Made by a program: the position numbers and the translations under genes
In this document: positions 8,609 to 16,825 of the stretch, piece by piece
Position numbering within the stretch: the stretch's first letter is position 1
How the letters are laid out: each line of letters starts with the position of its first letter
NCBI GenBank assembly: GCA_041690355.1
Contig: JAWLHK010000003.1
Coordinates: forward strand, 297,428-322,847
Direction of reading: 5' to 3'
Length of the DNA stretch: 25,420 nucleotides
Source of the DNA: a bacterium
GTDB taxonomy: Bacteria > J088 > JAWLBW01
Notes under the pieces: model-generated
The model's database searches: none
Told to the model about the DNA's origin: nothing
The model's input: the letters and a program-made list of their open reading frames with translations, nothing else

Positions 8609-11518
8609 ATGAGTCAGCGTACGCGTCTTTTCGAATCCACCGATCGTTTCGTCGACCGCCACCTCGGGCCCCGCGAAAGCGAGCTGCGCGAGATGCTCGA
8701 CACCCTCGGCTACCGCACGCTCGACGAACTCATGGACGCCACGCTGCCGGCGGGGATCCGCAGCCGCACGCCGCTCGACCTCGAAGCGCCGCGCAGCGAG
8801 TTCGAGGCCCTCGCGGAACTGAAGGGCATTGCGGAACGCAACCAGATTTTCCGCTCCTTCATCGGCATGGGCTATCACGACACGGTCGTGCCGCCGGTCA
8901 TCCAGCGCAACATCCTCGAGAATCCGGGCTGGTACACGCAATACACGCCCTATCAGGCCGAGATCGCGCAGGGGCGCCTCGAGGCGCTGCTCAACTTTCA
9001 GACGATGATCATCGATCTGACCGGCCTCCCCATTGCGAACGCCTCGCTGCTCGACGAAGGGACCGCCGCCGCCGAAGCCATGACGATGTGCATGGCCGCC
9101 AAGGCGAAGCGGAAGGATTCCCCGCGCGCCTTCTTCGTCTCGGAATCGTGCCACCCGCAGACCATCGAAGTCGTGCGCACGCGCGCCCGGGCGCTGGGAA
9201 TCGAGGTCATCGTGGGGAACCATGAGGCCTTCGACTTCCACAAGCCGGTCTTCGGCGTGCTGCTGCAGTACCCGGCCACCGACGGCGTCATCTGGGACTA
9301 CCGGGCCATCATCGACAAGGCGCACGAGCACGGCGCGCTGGTCGTCCTGGCGGCCGACATTCTGAGCCTCACGGTGCTCACGCCGCCGGGGGAACTCGGG
9401 GCCGACATCGCGGTGGGCAACACGCAGCGTTTCGGCGTGCCCCTCGGCTTCGGCGGACCCCACGCCGCCTACATGTCGACGAAGGACGAACACAAGCGCA
9501 TCATTCCGGGGCGCATCGTCGGCGTCTCGCGCGACGTCGACGACAAGCCGGCCATCCGCCTGGCGCTGCAGACGCGCGAGCAGCATATCCGCCGCGACAA
9601 GGCGACGAGCAACATCTGCACGGCCCAGGTTCTGCTGGCCATCATCGCGTCGATGTACGCCGTCTATCACGGTCCGCACGGGCTGCGGAAGATCGCCGAG
9701 CGCGTCCACAGTCTGGCCCGCGTCGTCGAGAAGGGGCTGCGCCGTCTGGGCTACGACCTGCCGGCCACGCCGTACTTCGATACCCTGCGCGTGAACCTGG
9801 GCAAGATTGACCAGGATTCCCTCTTCCGCTTCGCCGCCGAGCGCCGCATGAACCTGCGCGCCCTCGACAGCCACCACGTCGGCATCGCCCTCGATGAAGC
9901 GGTGACGCGCGCCGACGTCGTCGCGCTCTTCGAAGTCTTCGCGCAGGCGGCCGGCAGCACGGTCGACTTCACGCCCGAGGATCTGGCCGAGGACGTCGGC
10001 TTCGACGCCGAGGCCTTCTATGCCCGCCGTTCCGCGTACCTCGAGCATCCGGTGTTCAACAGCTACCACTCCGAAATGGAGATGCTGCGCTACATCCACC
10101 GCCTGCAGAACCGCGACCTGTCGCTCACGACGAGCATGATACCGCTCGGCTCCTGCACGATGAAGCTGAACGCGACGGCCGAGATGTATCCGGTTACGTG
10201 GCCGGAATTCGGCCGTATCCATCCCTTCGCGCCCGCGGAGCAGACCCACGGCTACCGCCAGATGCTGCAGCAGCTCGAGCAGATGCTCATGGAGGTGACC
10301 GGTTTCGCCGGCATTTCGCTGCAGCCGAACGCCGGCTCACAAGGGGAATATGCGGGGCTGCTCGTCATCCGCCGTTACCACGAGAGCCGCGGTGAAGCGG
10401 AACGCAACGTCTGCCTCATCCCTAGCTCGGCCCACGGTACGAACCCGGCCAGCGCCGCGCTCGCCGGCATGAAGGTCGTGGTCGTCGAGTGCGACAACCA
10501 GGGGAACATCAACGTGGCCGACCTCAAGAAGAAAGCGGCCGAGCATGCCGCAAACCTGGCCGCGCTCATGGTCACCTATCCGTCGACCCACGGCGTCTTC
10601 GAGGAATCGATCGAGGAGGTCTGCGCCGTGGTGCACCAGCACGGCGGGCAGGTCTATATGGACGGCGCGAACATGAACGCCCAGGTCGGTCTCATCCGCC
10701 CGGGGGAATTCGGTCCCGACGTCTGCCACCTGAACCTGCACAAGACCTTCTGCATTCCGCACGGCGGCGGCGGCCCGGGCATGGGCCCCATCGGCGTGGC
10801 GGCGCATCTCGTCCCCTTTCTTCCCGGTCATCCCGTCGTGACCATCGGCGGCCCGAACGCCATCGGTCCCGTCTCGGCGGCCCCGTGGGGAAGCGCGAGC
10901 ATCTTGCCGATCTCGTGGATGTACGTGCGCATGATGGGGGGCGAGGGGCTGCGCAAGGCGACCCAGGTCGCCATCCTCAACGCCAACTACATCGCGGCGC
11001 GCCTGGCCCCGCACTACCCCGTGCTGTACAAAGGGAAGCATAACCTGGTCGCCCACGAGTGCATCTTCGACACGCGCCACTTCAAGGAGACCGCGGGTAT
11101 TGAAGTCGAGGATATCGCCAAGCGCCTGATGGACTACGGCTATCACGCGCCGACGATCTCCTTCCCCGTTCCGGGCACGCTCATGGTCGAGCCGACCGAA
11201 AGCGAATCGAAGGCGGAACTGGATCGCTTCTGCGACGCCATGATCGCCATCCGCCAGGAGATCCGCGATATCGAGGAAGGCCGCGCGGATCGCGAGCGGA
11301 ACGTCGTGAAGCTGGCGCCGCACACGGCCGAGCAGGTGCTGCGCGAGACGTGGAACCGCCCCTACTCGCGTGAGCAGGCGGCTTTTCCGGCCGCGTGGGT
11401 GCGCGAGAACAAGTTCTGGCCGGCGGTCGGCCGCATCAATCAGGTCCTGGGCGACCGGAATCTGATCTGCGCGTGTCTGCCGATCGAGGCGTACGCGAGC
11501 GACGGGAGCGATTCCTGA
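8609..11518 (+). CDS. gcvP: Glycine dehydrogenase (decarboxylating), single-chain P protein
   Basis: 969 aa; [35 protein letters not shown]-Lys in [16 protein letters not shown]. Confidence 0.98.
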   Translation: MSQRTRLFESTDRFVDRHLGPRESELREMLDTLGYRTLDELMDATLPAGIRSRTPLDLEAPRSEFEALAELKGIAERNQIFRSFIGMGYHDTVVPPVIQRNILENPGWYTQYTPYQAEIAQGRLEALLNFQTMIIDLTGLPIANASLLDEGTAAAEAMTMCMAAKAKRKDSPRAFFVSESCHPQTIEVVRTRARALGIEVIVGNHEAFDFHKPVFGVLLQYPATDGVIWDYRAIIDKAHEHGALVVLAADILSLTVLTPPGELGADIAVGNTQRFGVPLGFGGPHAAYMSTKDEHKRIIPGRIVGVSRDVDDKPAIRLALQTREQHIRRDKATSNICTAQVLLAIIASMYAVYHGPHGLRKIAERVHSLARVVEKGLRRLGYDLPATPYFDTLRVNLGKIDQDSLFRFAAERRMNLRALDSHHVGIALDEAVTRADVVALFEVFAQAAGSTVDFTPEDLAEDVGFDAEAFYARRSAYLEHPVFNSYHSEMEMLRYIHRLQNRDLSLTTSMIPLGSCTMKLNATAEMYPVTWPEFGRIHPFAPAEQTHGYRQMLQQLEQMLMEVTGFAGISLQPNAGSQGEYAGLLVIRRYHESRGEAERNVCLIPSSAHGTNPASAALAGMKVVVVECDNQGNINVADLKKKAAEHAANLAALMVTYPSTHGVFEESIEEVCAVVHQHGGQVYMDGANMNAQVGLIRPGEFGPDVCHLNLHKTFCIPHGGGGPGMGPIGVAAHLVPFLPGHPVVTIGGPNAIGPVSAAPWGSASILPISWMYVRMMGGEGLRKATQVAILNANYIAARLAPHYPVLYKGKHNLVAHECIFDTRHFKETAGIEVEDIAKRLMDYGYHAPTISFPVPGTLMVEPTESESKAELDRFCDAMIAIRQEIRDIEEGRADRERNVVKLAPHTAEQVLRETWNRPYSREQAAFPAAWVRENKFWPAVGRINQVLGDRNLICACLPIEAYASDGSDS

Positions 11519-11537
11519 TTCCTGATTCTTGATTCCT
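11510..11537. repeat. Heptamer tandem repeat (GATTCCT)x4 overlapping the gcvP stop
   Basis: GATTCCT GATTCCT GATTCTT GATTCCT. Confidence 0.85.
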
Positions 11538-11590
11538 GAGCAGCCAGGACCGAAGGACCGAACAGTCCGATAGCCGCCGTCCGATTCTCC

Positions 11591-11722
11591 ATGACCGACT
11601 GGATCGATCTTGATCATACGCTCACCGAGTGGTTGCTGTTCGCGGCCGTCATTGCCGTGCTGCTCGGCGTGCGCGCGTGGGCCCGGCGCCAGCGGCGCCG
11701 GCAGGAGGCGGGGGAGGAGTAA
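11591..11722 (+). CDS. Small single-pass membrane protein (43 aa; below ORF-track cutoff)
   Basis: MTDWIDLDHTLTEWLLFAAVIAVLLGVRAWARRQRRRQEAGEE: acidic N-terminus, hydrophobic helix, Arg-rich flank. No clear SD. Confidence 0.55.
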   Translation: MTDWIDLDHTLTEWLLFAAVIAVLLGVRAWARRQRRRQEAGEE

Positions 11723-11726
11723 GGCG

Positions 11727-11787
11727 CCCGCTCGCGCGGCCCCCACCCGGCGAACTCACGCCGCCAGGGCTCCCCGAGGGGAGCAAA
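11727..11787 (-). repeat. Single inverted copy of the palindromic repeat unit arrayed at 12553-12862
   Basis: Reverse complement is TTTGCTCCCCTCGGGGAGCC-(hairpin)-CCGGGTGGGGGCCGCGCGAGCGGG, matching the two conserved blocks of array unit 1 at 20/20 and 22/24. Confidence 0.9.
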
Positions 11788-11822
11788 TTTTGAGCGGCCA
11801 AGAAAATCGTCGGACACCAGGG

Positions 11823-11851
11823 TTCGCAAAGTGAGGGTTCCGGGTTAGAAT
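11823..11851 (+). promoter_or_regulatory. Promoter for the DUF559 gene (TTCGCA-N17-TAGAAT), near-leaderless
   Basis: The -10 ends 8 nt before ATG 11860; no SD. Confidence 0.5.
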
Positions 11852-11859
11852 CGGCGGCG

Positions 11860-12521
11860 ATGACCAAGGAGATATTTTCGCCACGCTATGTCCGCCTCCT
11901 GGCCCAGGAGATGCGCCGGAACCCGACCCCGACCGAAAAAATGCTCTGGCAGAAGCTGCGGCGTGGCAACCTGAACGGCATCGGCTTCAAACAGCAGGAG
12001 CCGATCGGCCGGTACATCGTCGACTTCCTCGCCCCCCGACTAAACAGGGTGTTGAAATATTCCCGCGAGCGCGCACATGGTGCGTTTTCAGGCGGCGGCA
12101 AGGCGCGACAAGGAGTCGATGTGGTGCATCGGCGACGAAGGCGCAACGAAGCAGCCGCCTAGAAAAAGCCCTGTGCCCTGAAAGGGTTAGGGCCGGCATG
12201 GCCGCATCTACTGCGTTGCCGCGTCTCGACAGACCACCGGTATGCCTTCGACGCGGACGCCTTGCATCTGCAAGCCATGGCGGCCCTAACGCGCCGCGCG
12301 TGATATTTCAACGCCCTGTTAACGCCGTCATCGAGATCGACGGACCTGTCCACGATCTTCGTAAAGATTACGACGGACTTCGAGACGAATGGCTTCTGGC
12401 AAACGGTTATCGGACGCTTCACATCTCTGTCGACGACGTGGAATCAAGACTCCACGCTACGCTGGCCACCATTCTGCAATTCTGTACCGAGAGACCGGCT
12501 CACACCATCGACCAGTCCTGA
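11860..12521 (+). pseudogene. DUF559 (Vsr-like PD-(D/E)xK) endonuclease interrupted by a MITE
   Basis: N-half MRRNPTPTEKMLWQKLR...FKQQEPIGRYIVDF and C-half VIEIDGPVH...D..RDEWL...GYRTL lie in different frames. Deleting 12043-12320 joins them into an intact 127-aa ORF (...APRLNAVIEIDG...). Confidence 0.92.
12043..12320. mobile_element. 278-bp non-autonomous MITE with 18-bp terminal inverted repeats
   Basis: Left end AACAGGGTGTTGAAATAT (12043-12060) and right end ATATTTCAACGCCCTGTT (12303-12320) match 17/18. No transposase; sits exactly in the DUF559 break. Confidence 0.92.
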
Positions 12522-12552
12522 TCCACTTGAACGACCTGGATAGGGCACGCCG

Positions 12553-12862
12553 TTTGCTCCCCTCGGGGAGCCATGCTTCACAAGGTGCACCAGGTGGGGG
12601 CCGCGCCAGCGGGCCGGCCTGCAACATCGCTCGCCACTTGCTCCCCTCGGGGAGCCATGCTTCACAAAGTGCACCAGGTGGGGGCCGCGACAGCGGGCCG
12701 ATTTGCACATCGCTCGCCACTTGCTCCCCTCGGGGAGCCATGCTTCACAAGGTGCACCAGGTGGGGGCCGCGACAGCGGGCCGATTTGCACATCGCTCGC
12801 CATTTGCTCCCCTCGGGGAGCCATGCTTCACAAGATGCACTGGGTGAGGGCCGCGACAGCGG
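12553..12862 (+). repeat. Tandem array of about 3.7 copies of an 83-84-bp palindromic REP-like unit
   Basis: Units start at 12554, 12638, 12721, 12804: TTGCTCCCCTCGGGGAGCCATGCTTCACAAGGTGCACCAGGTGGGGGCCGCGACAGCGGGCCGATTTGCACATCGCTCGCCAC. Confidence 0.95.
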
Positions 12863-12866
12863 AAGT

Positions 12867-14546
12867 TCACGCCGCGAGGCGCGGCATGCGCTCGCGCGCC
12901 AGCTCGGCGTCGCTGATCTCGGCCTCTTCGCAGCCGAGTTCCTCGAGCAACCGCAGCTGCTCCTGCGTCGTCACCCCGCGCGCCGTGATGGGCCGGCGTA
13001 AGACGGGACCGAGCTGCAGAATCATGCGCACCATGTCGTCGGCATACTTGTCGGTACCCAGCCGGGACACGAGCTGCGGGTCGATGGTCAGTCCGTCGAC
13101 CGGCAGCGCACGCAGCGGATGCAGGCTCGCCTGGCCGCTGCCGAAGTCGTCGACCGCGATGCGGAAGCCGATTCTGCGGACGGCATCAAGCAGTTCGTGC
13201 CAGTCGCCCCGGATAAGGAGGAACTCGGGGATGAGCAGCTCCAGGGCGGAGGGTCGCGCCCCCGCCTCGCGCGCCAGATTCGCCATGCGCTCTGGCGCAT
13301 CGCCCGCCTCCCAGACGATGCGCGGGAGACGCACGGATACCGCACGATCCTTGCCGGCAAGCCGCGGCCAGCGCGTGACCGTGCGGCACGCCTGTTCGAA
13401 CAGCCGCATGCCGAGCTGAATTCCCCAGGGACCCGACTCAACGACCGACGCCCAGCTGTCGGGGGTCGCCTCCGCCAGTTTCGGAAAAACAGGCTCGAGG
13501 CGCCAGTTTCCGATCATACCGGTGCGCAGCTGGAGCACGGGCCGGAAATCGAAGGCGACGGCATCGGCCCGCAGGGCGTCGCGCAACACAGTCTCCATCT
13601 CGAGACGCCGCCCGATGCGCTCGCCGACATGATCGTCGAAGACGACACAGCGGGCCTTGTCGGCGCGCTTGGCCCGGTACATGGCCGCATCGGCGTCGCG
13701 CAGCAGCTCCGCAGCCGACTGGTAGCCGCCGCTCTGGTGCGCAATCCCCAGGCTGACCGAAAGGGCCACGGTGGTCGCGCCGATGCGCAGCGGCCGGTCG
13801 ATGGCTGCCTGCACGCGCCCCGCGACGCGAACCGCGTCTTCGGGGCCGGTGAGATCCTCGAGCAGAATGGCGAACTCGTCTCCTCCGAGGCGCGCGACCG
13901 TGTCGCCGGGGCGCAATGAGCCCTCGATGCGACGCGCCATCTCGGCGAGCACGCGATCGCCGGTTTCATGTCCCCAGCGATCGTTCACCGGCTTGAAGCC
14001 GTCGAGATCGGCATACAGGATGGCGAAGGGGACCCGTTTGCGTCGCCAGCGCCGGATGCAGCGCTCGGTGCGATCGAGAAAAAGCGCGCGGTTGGCGAGG
14101 CCGGTCAGACCGTCGCGAAAGGCACCCCGCATGAGCTGCTCGCGCGCGGTCTGATCCTCGTGAATGTCGGCCAGAAGCCCGCGCACGGCCCTCACCCGCC
14201 CGTCGGGGCCGCGGATGGAGGCGCCGGTCGCACGCAGCCATCGGATTTCACCCCCGGGCAGGCGAACGCGATGCTCGCAGCGGAAGCGAGGCTGCCTGCC
14301 TGCAAGATGCGCCTGCAGCGCGCGCCGGAAGCGCTCGCGGTCTTCGGGCACGATACGTTCGAGCCACTGTTCCTGACTCGCCAGCATTCTGTCAGAGGGA
14401 TACCCGAGCAGCCAGGCGGCCCGCCCGCAGAAACCCGCTCTCCCCGTTCCCGGAATCCATTCCCAGACGCCGAGCCCCGCACCGTACAGGGCGTCTTCGA
14501 GAAGTGACGCGCCTGCATCCACGGCCCAATCCTGTTGCCCCCCCAT
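12867..14546 (-). CDS. PAS-GGDEF diguanylate cyclase with degenerate EAL domain
   Basis: PAS/PAC (GVWEW...GGEIRWL), DGLTGLANR, DLDGFKPVNDRWGH, RPGD I-site, GGDEF. The EAL domain keeps DDFGSG but lacks ExLxR, the KID Lys and EGVE. Start uncertain (14546 or 14564). Confidence 0.9.
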   Translation of the reverse strand: MGGQQDWAVDAGASLLEDALYGAGLGVWEWIPGTGRAGFCGRAAWLLGYPSDRMLASQEQWLERIVPEDRERFRRALQAHLAGRQPRFRCEHRVRLPGGEIRWLRATGASIRGPDGRVRAVRGLLADIHEDQTAREQLMRGAFRDGLTGLANRALFLDRTERCIRRWRRKRVPFAILYADLDGFKPVNDRWGHETGDRVLAEMARRIEGSLRPGDTVARLGGDEFAILLEDLTGPEDAVRVAGRVQAAIDRPLRIGATTVALSVSLGIAHQSGGYQSAAELLRDADAAMYRAKRADKARCVVFDDHVGERIGRRLEMETVLRDALRADAVAFDFRPVLQLRTGMIGNWRLEPVFPKLAEATPDSWASVVESGPWGIQLGMRLFEQACRTVTRWPRLAGKDRAVSVRLPRIVWEAGDAPERMANLAREAGARPSALELLIPEFLLIRGDWHELLDAVRRIGFRIAVDDFGSGQASLHPLRALPVDGLTIDPQLVSRLGTDKYADDMVRMILQLGPVLRRPITARGVTTQEQLRLLEELGCEEAEISDAELARERMPRLAA

Positions 14547-14667
14547 ACTGCCCCCGGTACGCACAAATCGCGATACGGCGCCAACCTTCGACGCCTCCTC
14601 TCCCTACCCTAGCGCGGACACGCCATGGCGTCGACCCTGTTCGGGGCAAACGGCGTTGGAATCGGCG

Positions 14668-14696
14668 ATGACAACTAAACGTACATTTGATAGGAT
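14668..14696 (+). promoter_or_regulatory. Promoter ATGACA-N17-TAGGAT with palindrome AAACGTACATTT in the spacer
   Basis: AT-rich island 45 nt upstream of the diiron gene; imperfect inverted repeat at 14677-14688. Confidence 0.55.
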
Positions 14697-14741
14697 AATC
14701 CATCTCCCCATCAGGCCCCGGCAGACGGGCAAGGAGGCACC

Positions 14742-15824
14742 ATGTCGGTCCGATTCGTCGATCATCCCCCCCGCACCGTCGAATTCATGCGCGAAGACGC
14801 GCCCGCCGCCGCGCGGCAGGCCGAGCGGATCGCGGAAATCTTTCAGACCCCGCTGACCGGCAGTTACGCCTGGGATTATGCGACGGCCGACGAGAAGATC
14901 CGGCGCCTGTACCGTCTGGGCAAGGAGCTCAACTGGAACGCCGAAGTCGACATCGACTGGAGCTACACGTATCCGCGCAGCGAGCCGCCGGGCGATCCCA
15001 GCTTCAACCCCTTCGTGGGCGTGGACTACTATGAAAGGCTGAGCGAAGAGAAGAAACTCGAGTTCGGCTGGCACATCCACGCATGGATGCTGTCGCAGTT
15101 TCTGCACGGCGAACAGGGGGCCCTGCTCGTCGCCTCGCAGCTCGTGTCCTGCGCGCCGACGATTGAAGCGAAGTTCTACGCTTCGTCGCAGACCTTCGAC
15201 GAGGCCCGCCACGTGGAGGTCTTCTCGAAGTACCTGATGGAGAAGGTGCGCTTCATGTACCCGGTCAACCGGCACCTGAAGGCGCTGCTCGACAAGGTGC
15301 TCACCGATCCGCGCTGGGACCTCAAGTTCATCGGCATGCAGATCATCATCGAGGGACTCGCCCTCGCTGCCTTCCAGACGCAGAAGCTGATCTCCAACGA
15401 CCCACAGCTCAAGACGATCATCGAATATGTGCTGCGCGACGAATCCCGGCATGTAGCGTTCGGCGTGACCTACATGGAGGAGTTCGTGAAATCGCTGCCG
15501 CCCGAGGAAGTCGAGGCGCGTGCCATGTTCGCCTACGAGGCCTGCGTCGTCATGCGCGAGCGGCTGATCGCGACCGACGTCTTCGAGTACTTCGGGTGGG
15601 ACGTCGAGGATGCGCGGCGCAAGGTGCTCGAGGCCTCGATCATGGCCCAGTTCCAGAACCTGCTCTTCACGCGGATCATTCCGAACCTCAAGCGCGTCGG
15701 CCTGCTCACCGCGACCGTGCGCCCGCTCTACGAAAAGCTGGGGATTCTGGAATTCGAAAACCTCGTGGATGACGGCGAAATTGACTGGGCGGCCCTCAAG
15801 GCGCCCGTACAGACGGCGGTCTAA
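14742..15824 (+). CDS. Ferritin-like diiron oxygenase (AurF-related)
   Basis: Diiron ligand pattern FLHGEQGAL / DEARH / IIEGLAL / DESRH; AAGGAGG SD; 360 aa. Confidence 0.88.
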   Translation: MSVRFVDHPPRTVEFMREDAPAAARQAERIAEIFQTPLTGSYAWDYATADEKIRRLYRLGKELNWNAEVDIDWSYTYPRSEPPGDPSFNPFVGVDYYERLSEEKKLEFGWHIHAWMLSQFLHGEQGALLVASQLVSCAPTIEAKFYASSQTFDEARHVEVFSKYLMEKVRFMYPVNRHLKALLDKVLTDPRWDLKFIGMQIIIEGLALAAFQTQKLISNDPQLKTIIEYVLRDESRHVAFGVTYMEEFVKSLPPEEVEARAMFAYEACVVMRERLIATDVFEYFGWDVEDARRKVLEASIMAQFQNLLFTRIIPNLKRVGLLTATVRPLYEKLGILEFENLVDDGEIDWAALKAPVQTAV

Positions 15825-15906
15825 TTACTCCTGGAATACACAAGGGGGCGCTGCTCACCGCCGCTCGCGGGAAGGACAAAAAGAAAAAGGGGGAACCTTT
15901 CCGCTA

Positions 15907-15951
15907 CCCAGGGCCCTGCCCTGGGCAAATGGCTTTCGCCCCTTCAGGGCT
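15907..15951. repeat. REP-like double hairpin between convergent genes
   Basis: CCCAGGG-ccctg-CCCTGGG (15907-15925) followed by GCCC-cttca-GGGC. Confidence 0.65.
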
Positions 15952-15983
15952 CTGTGGAAACGGCCAGTGGATGGCTGTGAAGT

Positions 15984-16018
15984 TTGGCATCTGCCATTTG
16001 CGATCTGCCACCTGACTA
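15984..16018. repeat. Degenerate heptamer repeat (YTGCCAT-like) x5 overlapping the TauE stop
   Basis: TTGGCAT CTGCCAT TTGCGAT CTGCCAC CTGACTA. Confidence 0.65.
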
Positions 16019-16759
16019 TTTGAATCCGCGCAGCAGCATCCACGCGCCGAGCGCAAGAAGAAGCACCGAGACCACCTGGCGGAACCGGTGGCGGGGGATG
16101 CCGCGCAGGAGCGGCCCCCCGGCCAGCGTGCCGAGGACAACACCGGCCGTCGCCGCTCCGATCGCGAGCGGGTGGCTCACCATCGTGGAACCGTGGATTG
16201 CCGCGTAAACGGGGAGGCGCGCCAGATCGACGGCGAGCGCGATGGCCGTGGCGGTGGCGACGAACGCTTCGCGTCCGACCCCCAGGCCAAGCATGGCGGC
16301 CGCGCGGATACCCCCCTGGTTCCCCACCAGCCCGCCGAAGAGTCCCGACAGGCCGCCGGCAACCCATGCCGCCTTCCCGCGGAAGACGAAGCGGTCGGAC
16401 CATCCCGTAATGCCCGAGACGCCGGCGAACAGGAGCAGTACAGCGAAGACGCCCGTGAAGACGCCGGGGGGGAACGGGCCGTGCAGCAGCGCGCCGACCA
16501 GCCCGCCCGCGGCGCTCATGAGGCCGAAACCTTTGAGAACCTGCCGGTCGATGTGCGCGCGCCACATCCACAGCCGCAACGCCGTACCGAGAAAGTGGGG
16601 GATGGCGATCAGGGCCACTGCCTGATCGGTCGGAAGCGAAAGCGCGACCAACGGCGTGAGCAGGCTGCCGATGCCGAAGCCGGCGATGGAGGCAACCGCG
16701 CCGGCGACGAGGCCGACCGCCAGCAGACCAGCCAGCATTTCGGGGGACAGAATTTCCAA
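16016..16759 (-). CDS. TauE/SafE (TSUP) family membrane transporter
   Basis: About 8 TM helices with internal duplication (AGFGIGSLLTP / GGLVGNQGG; REAFVAT). TTG start with GGAG SD. Confidence 0.9.
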   Translation of the reverse strand: MEILSPEMLAGLLAVGLVAGAVASIAGFGIGSLLTPLVALSLPTDQAVALIAIPHFLGTALRLWMWRAHIDRQVLKGFGLMSAAGGLVGALLHGPFPPGVFTGVFAVLLLFAGVSGITGWSDRFVFRGKAAWVAGGLSGLFGGLVGNQGGIRAAAMLGLGVGREAFVATATAIALAVDLARLPVYAAIHGSTMVSHPLAIGAATAGVVLGTLAGGPLLRGIPRHRFRQVVSVLLLALGAWMLLRGFK

Positions 16760-16825
16760 GACATGCTCCGGGGATCACCGTAGCACAGGCGCGGAACGGG
16801 TGCGAGCGGAACGCCTTCCGGGCGC

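Noticed and set aside
8603-11746. Long antisense ORFs (548 and 469 aa) opposite gcvP, and similar shadows elsewhere
   Set aside because: Expected stop-poor antisense frames of high-GC3 genes, with no recognisable motifs.
12043-12320. Self-splicing intron in the DUF559 gene
   Set aside because: No group I or group II cores or ends; terminal inverted repeats fit a MITE better.
12553-12862. CRISPR array
   Set aside because: Units are near-identical over the full 83 bp, with no unique spacers and no cas genes in the window.
12389-13001. Repeat-containing ORFs across the tandem array
   Set aside because: The 83-bp period shifts frame, and the ORFs appear in several frames on both strands; they are by-products of the DNA repeat.
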